Positions 39,631 through 52,908 of a DNA stretch of 64,000 nt are shown here, piece by piece. Source of the DNA: Haplodiscus bocki (lineage: Eukaryota); assembly GCA_965655095.1 (NCBI GenBank), contig OZ296658.1, positions 32,674,001 through 32,738,000 on the forward strand, given 5' to 3'. A model generated the notes under the pieces. It was not told the origin of the DNA, did not search any database, and saw nothing but the letters and a program-made list of their open reading frames with translations. Made by a program: the position numbers and the translations under genes. Numbering within the stretch: position 1 is the first letter of the stretch; each line of letters begins with the position of its first letter.

Positions 39631-40219
39631 GCAAAAAAAATTGTTCTTGGCCCACCGTGACAGGTTTGGAACTTTGAGGGTTTGAAAATTTCGGCGGAAG
39701 GTGTGATAATGTGAGTAACTGATGTCAACACTGGTTAATTAAACGGAATCCAATTTCTCAGACCCATCATATGATATTATTATTAATAATCTTATTACTG
39801 ATTGTTAAAAATTAGCCCCTAAGGGTACTTCGGACTTAGTTTGCAAAGCGAGTCAAATCATTGCTTCGCAAAGCCTTACACAGAACAACTAATTTCAATC
39901 AAAACAAATTCAGTCAACGTTTTCCATTACTTGAATTTCTCAGTACCCCCTGGACTACTTTACACCCAAGAACTACGCATTGATCTTCAATCGAAACTTT
40001 AATTATTTATTATGCTCCGAAACCGGATTAGAAAAACCTATGTTTTGTTAAATTTTTTGCTCTGACACAACAATAGTTTATTTTTGACACTTTCTCCAAC
40101 CTCGAGTCGTTGCAATTTTCAATGGAAATCCACAACGCAAAACTGTCAACCTTTTAGGTGGCTTAGTTTAACTGGAAATAGCAAAAAACCGTGTCCAAAT
40201 CTAGTTTCACGTTATCTCC

Positions 40220-40743
40220 AGCTTGACCTTCGCAATTCTACCTCGTAAGTTCCGTGAAATGATTCTCCAAAAGAAGTGTTCAATCGAAGTTCACGTTCAA
40301 CTTAAGTATTTTCTACGGATCACAGTCAGAAGTTATACCAACTTCTCTGTTGAGGCAGCTGGTGATGTTTTCAAAGTTTGTAACGCATCGCCACGCGTGA
40401 GGCAGTGGAAGTAGTTTATGTCTTCTGTGAGTTGTGAATTTTCAAAATTTTTTGGAACGGATCTTCAAACATTTCAAATTTTTCTGATTTCCTTTCAAAG
40501 GTGGACATTGTCGTTGTGAAGGATTTGGGCAATTTCGAGATTTACTTGATGCTGTTGATGAAAGTGGCTGTATTACTGTTCGTCGCCAACTGTTGAGGGG
40601 CTAACAGAATCTGATCTGCTTCAATTGTCGCAAGGGTGTTGTCACTGCGAATTTGTGGCTGACTTGTAGGGCGCGTCTTCTTTTGTATTCCTGACAAAGT
40701 TCCAGGGAGCAGTAGGGAATCTCTCGTTGAATTCCTGTCACCA
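40220..40743 (-). pseudogene. gag: PBS and gag stub following the 3' LTR (start of a second, tandem element)
   Basis: Homologous to ~53600-54078 (SKLPKSFTTTMSTF..INYFHCLTRGDALQT..LTVIRRKY). Confidence 0.85.
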
Positions 40744-42450
40744 TGTGATGAGTTTCTTCCTGCTTAGATTCTCTTAGATGACTGGTGTGGTAGGTACAGA
40801 ACACCACTTTGGACAAAGATTACCTAGCGAACAGTCCCAGGTGGGTTCCCGGTTTCTGAGTCGTTTTTCTTGGATGTTTGGATGTTTCCGGAAGAGCTAC
40901 GGAACAAGTCTGAACTTGTGGGATCAAAGAAAATTCATCAAGTTTAGACAAAGAACCCATATACACTGACTCTGTCCGTCTAAATTCTTTAGAAAGGATT
41001 TTAGTGACCCTTCCTTCAATCACTTCAGCAGCTTGGGAGATGTACTCTTGAGCCATTCCTAGATCAACTGTGTTTTGTGACTGACTGTTCTTTGTTTTTT
41101 CCGGGTGTATCCTTCGAAACTCCCGCTAATTTCCTTTTTTCCTCAACGTTGCCATGATTCTGAAGGAAAAATTCTGTCAGCTGTGAAAACTGAATTGATA
41201 TTTTAATTTTATAGCAAAAGTGTTGATCTCTGTCTATTTTGAGGGAATGGGTTTCAATCAAAGCAAACAGTTAACGTTTTCAGGAAAACGAATAAAGTAC
41301 CACACGCTACAAAATTGTTTAATAAAAATTGTATTTCAGTTTCTTCTGTTCATACCTGTTCCTTGGCGAGAAAAATTTGTTTACACGCAAATTCAAGGTA
41401 CAACTAGGGAAAAATACTTTAATTATTTTATCTACAAAGGAAAAATGCCGTTTGTGGCAGGAAACAAATACCTCTTCGTCCATTTTTTCTTTCATAGACC
41501 GCGTCTTAGCCAGCATTCGACAGGAAAAAGTACGGTTTTATTCCCTCAGAAATGGACATCAAAGTGGTTATTCTCGCACGGACACAAAATAGATTCGCTT
41601 GAACCAAAACTCAAAAAGGTTTTCCTTAAGAAGAAATTACTAAATGCAACAAAAATAGAATACAAAAAAAGTTCATAAAAACGTTGGGTAAAGGTCATGT
41701 TTACATTTGTTTACATATTGCATTGCATCGAATGAATCCACTGCTGGGAACAAAACTAGGCTTCTCTTAGCCCGTTTCTCATTTCTAACAGCTCGTTCCT
41801 CATTTTGACCGAAGTGTTCCGGAACAAATACGTAGCCGCTTGTAGCACTTTTCTCCGCAGTATTACTGAGGAGAATGGTTTGGGTGGCCACATAACCGTT
41901 CTGTGTCCGTCTAAAATGACACAACGATCTAGCGCAGCGGATTGGCCTGAATTCTAGTGACGTCACCAGATTGGTTACGACGGAGCACATAGGGAACAAA
42001 TATTCAATTCGAATTAAAGTCACGCTTTGTAATAAATAGCTGTAACAGTTGGTTATTGCAAATTTGTTGACATTGTCAATCTTGATTTAAGTTACTGCAG
42101 AAGTTAGTTGAAAAAGTTGGATTTATAAACTAGTTAGCTGAATTAGTTCTAGAAATAGAAGTTATTATTAATATCATGTCACCGGAACTTCACGCAGAGG
42201 GTACGTGTTTTTTCATGGAGTGAATAATATGGAACGATAAGTAACCACTACGCATTGTTTAATTGGGTTACATATATGCAGAGCGGTGATACGTAACTTT
42301 TACGTATCATTTATATACAAAAATTGGACAAAGTGTAATGTATGTATAAGAAGCTTTCACTCTTGAGATTTTCGATTGTTAACGACGAGCCTGGTATGTC
42401 CTGCGGCTCAAGGAGCGACTGTCTACAAGCCTCGCAGATGTGCTGCGACA
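40744..42450 (-). repeat. 3' LTR (1707 bp)
   Basis: Minus strand TGTCGCAGC...CTCATCACA; preceded by a polypurine tract; homologous to 54079-55802. Confidence 0.9.
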
Positions 42451-42464
42451 CTTTCCTTCTTTTT
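42451..42464 (-). promoter_or_regulatory. Polypurine tract
   Basis: Plus-strand pyrimidine run CTTTCCTTCTTTTT (minus AAAAAGAAGGAAAG) abutting the TG of the 3' LTR. Confidence 0.85.
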
Positions 42465-42502
42465 GGGAAGGACATTCCTAAGCTCAGTTTTCTTTTCAGC
42501 TT

Positions 42503-44452
42503 TCAGGGTGGCGGCGGTGGGAAACGACTTGAGAGTGGAAAATAACTTCTCCTGGGTTCATCATCGGAGTAGAATGTATTATCATCCGTCGTCGTGTAAG
42601 GTGTCTCCCATCCATCGATTGTGCTGCGGTTCATCGGGAGCGTCGATATCAGTGACGGTTCCGACGGCTCCTGTGATTGTGGGCTGTTTTTTTCGTCACG
42701 TCCTTCTGCTGTAGGTTTTGCCACCGCCATTGTTGCCAGTATATTAATTGGATTGGGAGGTAGGTTCGGAACGTTCAAGTTTGTTGGAAAAGTTGGTAGC
42801 TGCTGTCCAAATTCAATTGGCATCGTTGGTTCATTCGCATCAGAGTCAATTGTAGCGATTTGGGGCCCAGGTGATGCGATGGATGATAATGTCATCATTT
42901 CCTGGGTATTGTTGCCTGACATCTCAGTGGAGTTGAAGACAATTGGTGCGTTGGGCCTGGGTGGACTTAGCTCATTCGACGATTGCTTAACATAAAATAA
43001 ATCCGAATCATTGGATTCTGGAAAAATTGGTCCAAACATCTTCGATTTTAATGGTTGATAAAATGCTTCTGACTAGTATGTATTGACTTTGGAATAGTGA
43101 TTGGTATTGCAGGTGAAGACATTTGACTTCTCATCAGGTGGAATTTTCTTTGTTGTTCCCGCGTTGCTGGTCAGTGTTTACGAAGTTAGGAAGTAAGGAG
43201 TAAATTTGAAGTTGATGGGATATAAACAAATCCCAGAAATGGAGATTATAATTGGAAGAACACTTGAGTATCGTTGCTCAGTGTGTCCATGGAAATGCAT
43301 GCTGACGTCATTGCTGGCAGACACTTTAATCAGACTTGAGATTAAATAATCAAGAATTTTTACAAATGAATCTTTAAATTCACCACGTAATAGCTCATTA
43401 GCCACGTCTTGCGTCAAACTTGCGGTAGCTAGTTCTTGTGCTGAGGGTAAAGTGGCCGTCCTGTTCAATGAGGGTGTAGCAATCTCTGCTGACGGGGAGT
43501 TGGCAATCGATGACACTGCTTCAACGGTCCGTCTAGCCCCAAATCTTTGTGCTCTGCCCGATTTGTCTGTGGCTGTGCGAGAAGCAGAGGAGTGTGTCCA
43601 GGACTTTTTGATCAACTGAGTGGTGAGGAGAGTGCCGCGCGTCATTTTGTTTTGGGAGGAGAAGCTGATGATAATGATAGTTTCTTCGATATCATGAATG
43701 GTAGCATTGAGGTTGGCGATGCTGAGTCGGAGAGCTGGACGTTTGCGGATGCGCTGGCACGTGCAAATTCGTCAGTGGAGAAGTTGGCAGAGGGTGTTGT
43801 CGACACATCTCTTTTGCCTACATGTTAGTCTTTTTTCTTCATTCCCCATTAGTGTCTAGTCTGTAGGAATAATCTTGTGGCCACTCATTTTCCATAAGCT
43901 AGTATTCAGCGCGCGCCTATTCATGAAGAAGGCATCATGGGGCTATTGTATTTTAGTCTTTGATTCATCTGGTGAGCCTGCTGTTCATCCAGGATTTAGT
44001 GATTCTTGTGCTCCGGGTGGTTCCGGGACTGAGTTTGATGTCAGGCGTATCACATCCTGTGAGGAGGGTGCTGACGCCACAATGAATGCTCCCATGGACC
44101 ATGAGTCAAGTATGGGTTACTTTTGCTTTTTTGTAAGGCGAGATTTGAGTCGATTTTCATCTGTTGTTTTTCAGGTCCAGCAGAAGTCACAGTAGCTAAT
44201 TTTGAAGAGGGCGACATTTCCACGGACGCTGAGACGAATAGGCAGATAAGCTCAAGAAGTGACAGCATAACGCGCCGTTTAGTGCTTCTAGCGAGAAGTG
44301 CATCAGCCACAATTGACTTTTCGCGTCGCGACCATAGTCGAACTTTGTTGGAGCAGGCTTTCGACGGTGGTATGTATCATTAGAAAGGAAGATTTCTCTA
44401 GTGGCGCTCCATGGCGGTTCCTCAGTTCCGTTGTTTTTGTTTTAGACCTCAT
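42503..44452 (-). pseudogene. Extra sense-strand ORF of the Gypsy element, Ser/Pro/Thr-rich, unknown function
   Basis: ATG at 44452 (MRSKTKTTELRNRHGAP), pieces 44050-44310, 43178-43645, 42503-43039; low complexity; no TM or signal peptide seen. Confidence 0.5.
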
Positions 44453-44651
44453 TCCCGCCGATCCTGCTGTTACGCCGATCAACGCGATAGGTCACAAGTT
44501 GGTCACCCTTTGTTGTTCGATTTAAGCCGAAGAGCGGGCACAGATTCTTGACCCGATAGTGACAAGTTAGTGTTAGTTGTTTCCATCGTTATATATCATT
44601 TTCCTTTCCTCCTTTTGTTCTGTAGTTCAACAAGGTTTCTTCCTTACACTC

Positions 44652-45950
44652 ATGGTGCATCTTGTTTCTCAGAATATTTCTTTTCACGCATACTGGTTGT
44701 TCACAAGTTTAGGTGATGTTTTAAGCCGGTTGGAGCAGGTGGAGCAGAAGTTGTTCCGTGCTGTTCTTCGATTGGGTGACACCAGCAATACAAGCGTTGA
44801 TGAAAGTGACATGTGCGAGCCCCGACGAAGAACGCGGTCCCAGAGGACTTATAAATGCAGGCGTGGGGAACCAGTGGTGCTGTTTAGTTTTTTGTGACTG
44901 TGCCCACAGATGCTGCGACAAAGCCCAGCCATTTCTTGTGCCGAAATTGTCGCAAGGACGTCTCTGTACTGCCTCCTGATCACAACGAATTTTGCGACAC
45001 TTCCATGGTTGGAACCGACGTTTGAGGTTTGAGACGTCGGGCTCGGAAGTCTTGGACTATGACGGGATTGCCAGGAGTCCTCCAGGAGTAGAGCGACAGC
45101 GGGAGAGCAATGAGGTCCCTTTCGGCTGGAGAGAGACAGGGAGTACCCTTCTTCTGAGGACGTCATTGTCGACGATACTGGTGCAGTGGACACCAATTTT
45201 GGGATTTTTGCTCTCATTGAAGTGCCGCGTCTAGGCGGGTTTTATGAACTGGTGTACCAGCTCTGGGCCCAGTTCACTCTGTCTGTTGTTCGAGTCAACG
45301 TGGATTTTACCTGGTCACGCGACGATGTCTTGTTTAAAATCCATTTGTCCCGTATTGTCTACGTAGGCTCTGTGCATTCAGTTTGTTGCGTGTCTAGTCC
45401 ATCATTTTCAATTGTATCCTCAGATTTTCTATCCTCCGATTTTGTGTCGTTGCATCAATTGGGCAAAATCACACGAGAGTTGCAGCATGGAGTTCGAAGA
45501 ACAAAGCGAAGAGGTGCGGGTCTTTCTCCGGACCTGGGACAAAGACATCTTTGAGAGTTTGCGTGGCAACATTGGATCGTTACAGTGGCGATCCTTATAA
45601 GGAAGTTTCAACGTTGGGTCAATTGATAGATGCTCTGGGGCCTGACGTGTCAGTTGGCTCAATCAGCGGTGGATTGACCATTTTTGGAAGCCTTCTGCAA
45701 AAATCTGGGCAGTGAGTATCGTCAGAAAGTAATTGACTACCAGTGTTTTGATCTTGGCTTGTTCAAACACTTCTTGCAGCCAGCAACTTCAAGCGTGTTC
45801 GGTAGTATGGATGGATTTGCAAAGACTGAGTTCATTTTTAATCGGCTGGAAGGCGCTGAGACACGAGATTGGATCTGTCTTGCCCTGCCCTGAGGCAGGC
45901 TATCTTGAAGAACGATTTGGGTATGCCTCATGTTGTGGACATTGTGGCTA
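44652..45950 (+). pseudogene. Antisense cargo gene 1 of the Gypsy element, unknown function
   Basis: MVHLVSQNISFHAYWLF..RLEQVEQKLFRAVLRLGD..GNQWCCLVFCDCAHRCC..VPRLGGFYELVYQLWAQF..; ends in a CCGHCG motif. Confidence 0.5.
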
Positions 45951-45953
45951 ACT

Positions 45954-46277
45954 TCATCGGTATGTGGCCCTTGATCGTCTCCTTTTTGAAGCAGGCGGGA
46001 CGCAAAATGAAGACAATAGTCTTTTGGTAAGGTCTTCCTCTTTTAATTGTATTAGTGCATTTTCGTACCTTTGTATGTTGTGTTTGTGATGTTTAGAGGA
46101 TAGAGATGGACAGGTACTTCTATTAGGACCAAATGGTGCGCAGGAAATTTGGTTTGCTGCATCTCCTTCTTGAGATCTGTAAGTTTTTCCATAGAGTCTT
46201 AATTGAGTTTTCATGGGAACGTAGTGGCTCCGCAAAAATTTGCGCGTCATTTCGTAGGAATACACGTTTTCTTCCAC
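45954..46277 (-). CDS. Small sense-strand cargo ORF, hypothetical (107 aa)
   Basis: Open frame between the two antisense genes; probably frameshifted from an ATG near 46354 (METEPPPSP). Confidence 0.3.
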   Translation of the reverse strand: MEENVYSYEMTRKFLRSHYVPMKTQLRLYGKTYRSQEGDAANQISCAPFGPNRSTCPSLSSKHHKHNIQRYENALIQLKEEDLTKRLLSSFCVPPASKRRRSRATYR

Positions 46278-46419
46278 TGTAATTCATATTTTTTTATGAT
46301 TGAAATTTTCGCGTCACAACAAAACGTGGGTGATGGTGGTGGTTCTGTTTCCATGTCTGTGATATATATTTTTGTTTCAGTTCCCAACAATTTTGTTCAA
46401 TGAACCACGGCAGCAGATC

Positions 46420-47820
46420 ATGGATACCACTCTTTCGGAGAAGAGACGCGCTGCATCTACTGCTTGTTTGCTTGTTGCAGGAGATTAAGAGGACCTCGTC
46501 GTTGCCAGTGGTAGAACAAGGGGAGGAATACGTGACCTCAAACTATTCGCGGTTTCCTGCGACTGATGAAAAAGACTTTCTTTCAGGTACTCGCGTGATG
46601 ACTGCGCTGGACATAATTGGGAGCCAATATTTGCGGGCTGAATTTCGCCGTGATGTCCGTTGCCTCCTTGAAGAATTGTTTGCTATCAACCGTTGCCTCG
46701 AGATCGCTCATAGGACAGGGTATGAGCTGCCTCCGGCCTGCGGTTGTAGTTTTTGGGGATGACGTCGCTCTTTCCCAGCTGTTCAAGAAGTTCTTGGATG
46801 GGTTTTAGAGAAGGGGTGGACAAGAGGGAGCGAAGTTGAAGCGTGCAGGGCTGAATACCAGTCCTTTGTGCAGGACCAGCGACAAATGGAGCGTTCATCC
46901 ACGGGGAGCCGCCCTGACGTAGGGGACGTCCTGTCGTTCTGTTCTGCATAGGCTGGTTTTCGTGCTCATCAGCACCTTTATAAAGTAAGTATCATATCCA
47001 GTTATGCATGTTGTATTGCAATTTCATGTGTTGTTTCCCGTTCGTCATGACACAGACGTTTCATGTGTTCCAGTAAACAGCACTTGTGATCCGTGATCCT
47101 GAAACTTGTGGCGAAAAGTTTATTATCAACCTTGCTCGTGTGGCCATCAAGGAAGAAGAAGTGCGTAGTGTCTTGGTTTGTGTGCAGGTTTTCGGTCGGA
47201 GCCCGCACTTCAAAAACAGGAGTTTGTTCGCGGATTCCGGCTTGACAGTGCTCTCCAAGTCTTGTGGCCATCGCCAATAGCATCATGTCAAGTCCCATCA
47301 ATGCTCTGTGGAGTCTGGTAGGGACAGCATGTGCAGGTCAAGTCATGAGTTGTGAGTGATCTGCGTGCGTGTTGAGATCGGGTTATCTTGCGTCGTTTTG
47401 CAGTGCCAAAGATACTAGTGAGCGATGGTATCATGGTGGCATCCCTCGGAGTGAAACAGCATCAAGGCCAGGGGTTCGAATTTCAGATTTCGTGGAAGAG
47501 GGGCGAGTGGAGTATGTGCCAGTTGCTTTGCCTGTTCTTGGTCCTCCTGGGCCTAGCAAAATTCGCTCTTTCTTCAGCAAGCAGAAAAGAAAAATCTCTA
47601 GGAGCCCCGTGGAGTTGCCGCAGAAAATTGAGATTTCTAGTCCTCCTGCTTCTTCCCAGAAGCAATCCTTGCTATATGATCCAAGTTTTGCGTTGGCTTT
47701 GACAGCACAGACTTCTTGTGGGAAGTGTCGTTGAAGTGGGTGGGATCGGCGTGCCGCTCCAGTAATCCGGATGGGCTTTCCATAGGGACAGCTTGCTGTT
47801 ATTTACTACTCGCTGTTTTC
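46420..47820 (+). pseudogene. Antisense cargo gene 2 of the Gypsy element, apparently spliced
   Basis: TRVMTALDIIGSQYLRAEFRRDVRCLLEE..LSTVASRSLIGQGMSC..EYQSFVQDQRQME..QHLYK|GTAAGT intron|..TALVIRDPE..VLVCVQ. Confidence 0.55.
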
Positions 47821-48149
47821 TCTTCTTTTCTTCTTCGTTGAGTTGCCCTTTTTATTGTATTGATTTGATTTTGATTAAGTATAGTGTTTAGTCAGATAGT
47901 CGAAAAAGAAAAACATAATGGAACAATGACATAAATCCGACCTATATGTAGAAAGATATAGCTGTTTTTAGTTCTAGTGGCCGTGTTTTGAAGTAAGTAC
48001 GATTGAGTAGCAAGTGAGTTAGTCACCAGGGAGTAGCGAGAACAGAGTATAAGTTTTTGTTTTGCTACGTATTGTTTCCGTAACGCGTTCCGAAAGTGCT
48101 GGATCGTCTACGTATGCGTTCCGTGGAACACACTAGCGCAGCACTTGAA

Positions 48150-51100
48150 TGAATATCTGTAATCGTCGTCGCAATTAGGCTGCATGTTATGAGGTAACTT
48201 GTATTTCGTACTCCGGGGTTTTGGCAAACTTTTGTTCAGTTGTTCCGAGCTCGTTCCCGCATCAAGTTTCATGTAGGAATACGTATCTGTTACGTCAGAT
48301 AATTCTCCCGTTCAGGGAAAAATTTCTCGGGAACACTCCTGTGCTGTTCCTGGTGTGTTCCACGTTTCCTCGGTTGATAAATCAGACTGCATTGGATTTT
48401 TGGGTGAATTGGGTGGCGTTGCACTATCTTTTTCGGCCTCAAAAACTGGCTTTTCCTCTTCACACTCCCACACTCTGGCATACAAATCATTCGCATGCGA
48501 TGAAGCATTTGCGTCTTGTTGGTGCCAATTGTGAATACCAGCTAATTGTTTTTCGTCAACACCTTTTCGATAATGTAGGGGCCAATCCACCGAAGTTCCG
48601 TTGAAAGAGTTTTACTCCCTTGATGAGATGGTTTCGCAGTATGACGTGTACATAATCTTCTTCTTTTACTTTTGAAGCGTTGGCTATTTTGTCGTTATAA
48701 GCTTCATATTTTTTGTAAGCCTGGGTAATGTTTTTGCGAACATCTTGTTAGATCACCTCTGTTTGGTCAAAAGCATCTTTGGCAATTTGCGGACTGTGAA
48801 TGGGTGCTTGCTGTGGGCACCTTTCCAAATTGAAAACCGAGATATTGTAAGGAATACGTCCATGAAAATCTCTGCCCGGCTCACAGCCGTTTCTTGTGTG
48901 ACAAGACGTATTGTAATTGAGGACCGCATTGCTGACGTATTCAAACCACAATGATCTTCGCTCGCCTGTTTCAATCTTCACTACTTGTTAAATTGACGGG
49001 CGAGATCTTTCAAGCAGCCCAATTGTTTGTGCGTGCTTTGTAGTGGCGTCCTTTAGAGTAGTGTCAATGACGCCGGCCACTTCTTTGATTACGTGAGACA
49101 CAAAGGCTGAGCTTTTTTGAGATGAGTATCATTGGTAAGTAAGCGTGCTCAATCAAAATGTTATTTAACACTTCGGCAATTGTTTTGGCGTCTTGATTAC
49201 ATGTCGGCTTGGCAAATAAAGAGCGGGAAAAGACATCCATGGCTGTCACAATGTTTGCATAGCCACCGGACGGAGGTAATTAGGGGCACCAAATCAATTT
49301 GCATGGCTTCTTTGGCGCAATAATGTGGTTGTTAGGGTCTGCAGGGGAAGCCGGTTTCGGCTGCGGTCAATTTCGGATTCTTCGATAGATACATTGCTCT
49401 CATAAAATGACGCACTCCCTGAATAAATGCGCTATTTTTCAGAAAAGGTTTTTCTCTGTAAGCATTTATTGTTTGGTAATTCTCGGGTGTTTTCCGAAAT
49501 CTCCGCGCAAGCTACGGAGTACTTCATTAGCTAATTGCTTCGGAATGAAAAACTGGTAGTAGTTGAAACTACCCCTTTCTACAAAGTGGACCCTGGATAG
49601 TAGGCCATCTTCAAGAATTATGGGGTCTTCATTTGCCTTGTAGTTCTTCGTCATGTGGTTGGGCTAAAGTTTTCAGTTTCTTGTTTTTTAGTTTTTCAAG
49701 ACCAGGTAAACATCTTGCTCTACTCTTGTTTGTGCATTTCCTTTGATTCCATTCATGGAATACGACGTAGTGTTTCCGTCGATCATTGTAAATTCTCTCA
49801 CACTTAATTTCAAGGAAGGTGGTTCCTCATTTGCTACCCATTGCTTCGCATTTTGTCGAAATTGTTCTTTTCTCTCAAACGCTTGTTCTTCTGACGTGTC
49901 CTTATTGTTTGCTTCTGTGAAGAGAAAGTTGTTTTTCGTCAGCGACATCTTAGGAAGATGTGGTCACTTCAATGGATATTGTTTGGATATCTTCCTGGAT
50001 TTTAAGACGTAACTTCTCTGTGACTTTGAGTTCCAGCCTGGAGAGATCAGCCGCAGTTTTGACTGAACCTGCAAGGTGTGCTATTTTGACGTCGAATTGA
50101 AACACATAATTACATGAATTCCGCAGTACTGGCGGAACTTCCTTTCTTTGGAAAAAACGTGTAACGGATTGTTGTCTGTCAGAACAATTGTTGGCTTTGT
50201 TCCTTCCCACAGGATGTGTGCAAACTTGAGAAGAGTCATGTAGATTGCCAAAAATTTTTGAGTATATGGACATCGAGTTGCGCGGGGGAGAAATTTTTTG
50301 AGCCAAAAGCTACGGAGGCGTACGTTTTCCGCTTTGACTGTATTTTTTGATCAGGATTGTCTTCAATCATGAGGGTATATCCAGCATTTCTGAAGCTGGC
50401 ATCCGTCATTGGGACAAGCTGTTTTCCTGGAATGGGTTGTTTCAGTGCTAATTGGCAAGCGTCACTGAGCTTTTTTGACTGAATCAAATGTTTGTTTCAA
50501 TTCTGACGCAATATTGACTGGTACTTCCATTTTAAGCAATTGATAGAATAGAGTAAGTTTTGCAGGCATTCCGGGAACATGATTTGTGTAATGTTTCACG
50601 AATCCCAGGTACCGCTGTACAGCTTTTTTCAATTTGGGAAACTCAGGTTGTCTAAAAAGTTGTGGCTTTTCCGAGCTTGTGATGAAATTCCTTCTGGTGA
50701 AATCGTTTTTCCTTGGGAATCAACAACTCCAAGTATTTGTTTGACTCCAAAAAGGCACTTCTTGATAATCAATTTCAATCCTGTTCGGCGAATGCACTTG
50801 AAGACTGCCCGAACATTCCGGGTGAGGTCCGTAGCAGTATTGGCTGCGATTCTAATGTCGTCCACGTATTGAGCACATTGGTCAGCTTTGATGACTGTGT
50901 CCAAGTACTCACGCATGAAACTTGAAAAAGCAGACACAGATCTGCTAAGACCTTGACCTTGTGCGAGTCTTTTGTAGGGAAAAGTTCTGCCGGAAAAATT
51001 GAATGCAAGCATTTCCACTGAGCGTTGGTCCGCCATCTGCAAACAGTGATGAGCTTGGGAGCGGCCTGGTTCGCAGAAAAGAGACTCCCCTGCCAAGTGT

Positions 51101-52905
51101 TGTCATGCGTCTGACAAGGTGCTAACTGGATGATTCTTATTGGTATAGTCATCCGCAATCAGAGTGATTCTGTTGAGATCCACAAGAAGACGTCTTTCTC
51201 GGTTGATTTTCCTCAGTGCAAGTTTGGGACTTTCGTACTTGGAGAAGGGCAGTACCGTAATGACTCCATGTTTGTGAATCGGAGCAAATTCAACAATTAG
51301 ATCTTCTTTCACGTAGATTTGCATTAGTAGACTTTGCCTGTATACAGCTTCATTGTCTTTCGGGGTTAGTTTCAGCTTGAATTCCATGTTCATCCCATTA
51401 TCCAATCTATGTCTGGCGAAAATGTCATGATAGTCGACCAGGACATCTTCAATTGTTTGTTTTTCTGTGTCCGCTAGAAGTGTTCCACAGTCCAATCAAA
51501 ACGTTTGAGGAATTTGGCTAGGGGTTCTCTACCGTCTTTTTGGTTGAGTTTTCTTTCTTTTTGACTTCAATTAATTTTTTGAGGATTCGTGTCTGTATTG
51601 GGGTGCGATCCTCGTTTTTTTAGGAGTTTCAGGTGTCTTGAACCAGTTAGTCTTGTTCTGGTGCTCGGGTTTTTTCAGATTTTCATTTAGAAAGGTAGTC
51701 AGGTCAATATCACCTTGTCGAATCATATTGAGGATTTCCATATCTACTGGTTTAGTGTGCTTGGATTGCTTCGGAGTGACTTCGGAGAACTCTGCAGTCT
51801 TTGTATTTTTTTTATTGGACATGGTAATTCCGTTGTATTGGTTTTTCTGACTGCTATTCTTTTGTCAAATGTTGACACTGAATGGGAAATTATAGCAGAC
51901 TTGCTATTTCCGTAAAATTTTCCAATGGTGTCATTGTCCTTGTTGTGTTCCATCCTGATGGACGGTCAACAAAGGGTGTGATTGTCCTCGGTGTTATCGT
52001 CAAGGCATAATCAGTGATGATTGGCAGGGGTTTTGCGGTTGTTTGACTTGAGGCAAGTTTAACTTGTATCGTCAATTGTGGGAAAAGTACGAGGCCGTGA
52101 GTCGTGTCTACACTATTGTTCCTCATAAAATGCAACCGTAATTTTAGTTCTGTTAATTTGTTCATCACGACGAAGTATTCAGCAAATAAATTGTCTCCAT
52201 TTTCAGTTTTAAATGTGGCTGTTGCTAACGGTTTCTCTAACTAGCGTTTTGCTACTGGTGTTTGAAAAATGGCAGGGTCCGCGATTTTGAGAATGTTATT
52301 TCGGGTTTTGTGTTTTATCGTGTCGAAGTCATTCTGGGCAGTTGCACTGACATAGGCTCTTGAGTCTACCAAGGCGCCTACTGTTAGGTTATTCTTAAAA
52401 TCCAGAGGCAGATAGAGCATTTATTGTTCTTGTTTCAAGACCACTGTAGAGGTTAATGGGAGATAAAACTCAATTGTCTGTTCATCTCTCACCAGTCTTT
52501 CCTCGATCAGTGGGGTTGTTGTCGTGATAGGTGGGATTGTTTTATCTCCATTAAAGGTAGTCGTTGCGTGCTGTTCTGATTTTTGGATATCGGTAGGACA
52601 ATTATTGGAGCAGCTAAGAAACGGTACTGGTTCGTTCTTCATTTGATTTCCTGGGGGTCGTTCCGTGGCAATTACGTAGTTATGTGGTTGAAATCCGTTG
52701 GGTGGCGACGTCTGTTTTGCTACAGTCATTTTTGAAGTTTCTTGAGTATATTGTATGGTAGAGTCCTTATTAGTGTTTTTTAAAATGTCTTGATCTTTCA
52801 ATGTCTCCGGGGGTTGCCGCCAGACAACCTCGGGTCTTGGTGGAAATTTTGCTGTTTTATTTGTCTCCACTCTGTCACATGCAGCTTAGGAGTGAAGACC
52901 TGGTG
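48150..52905 (-). pseudogene. pol: pol: protease, RT, RNase H, integrase (frameshifted)
   Basis: ALVDSRAYVSA (~52360), QYVDDI (ORF 50629-51096), LVPMTDASFRNAGY (RNase H), IDLVP..PPSGGY..TAMDVFSR (integrase core). Confidence 0.95.
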
Positions 52906-52908
52906 TTT

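Noticed and set aside
42503-44452. env gene
   Set aside because: Low-complexity S/P/T-rich; no signal peptide, fusion peptide or TM anchor evident
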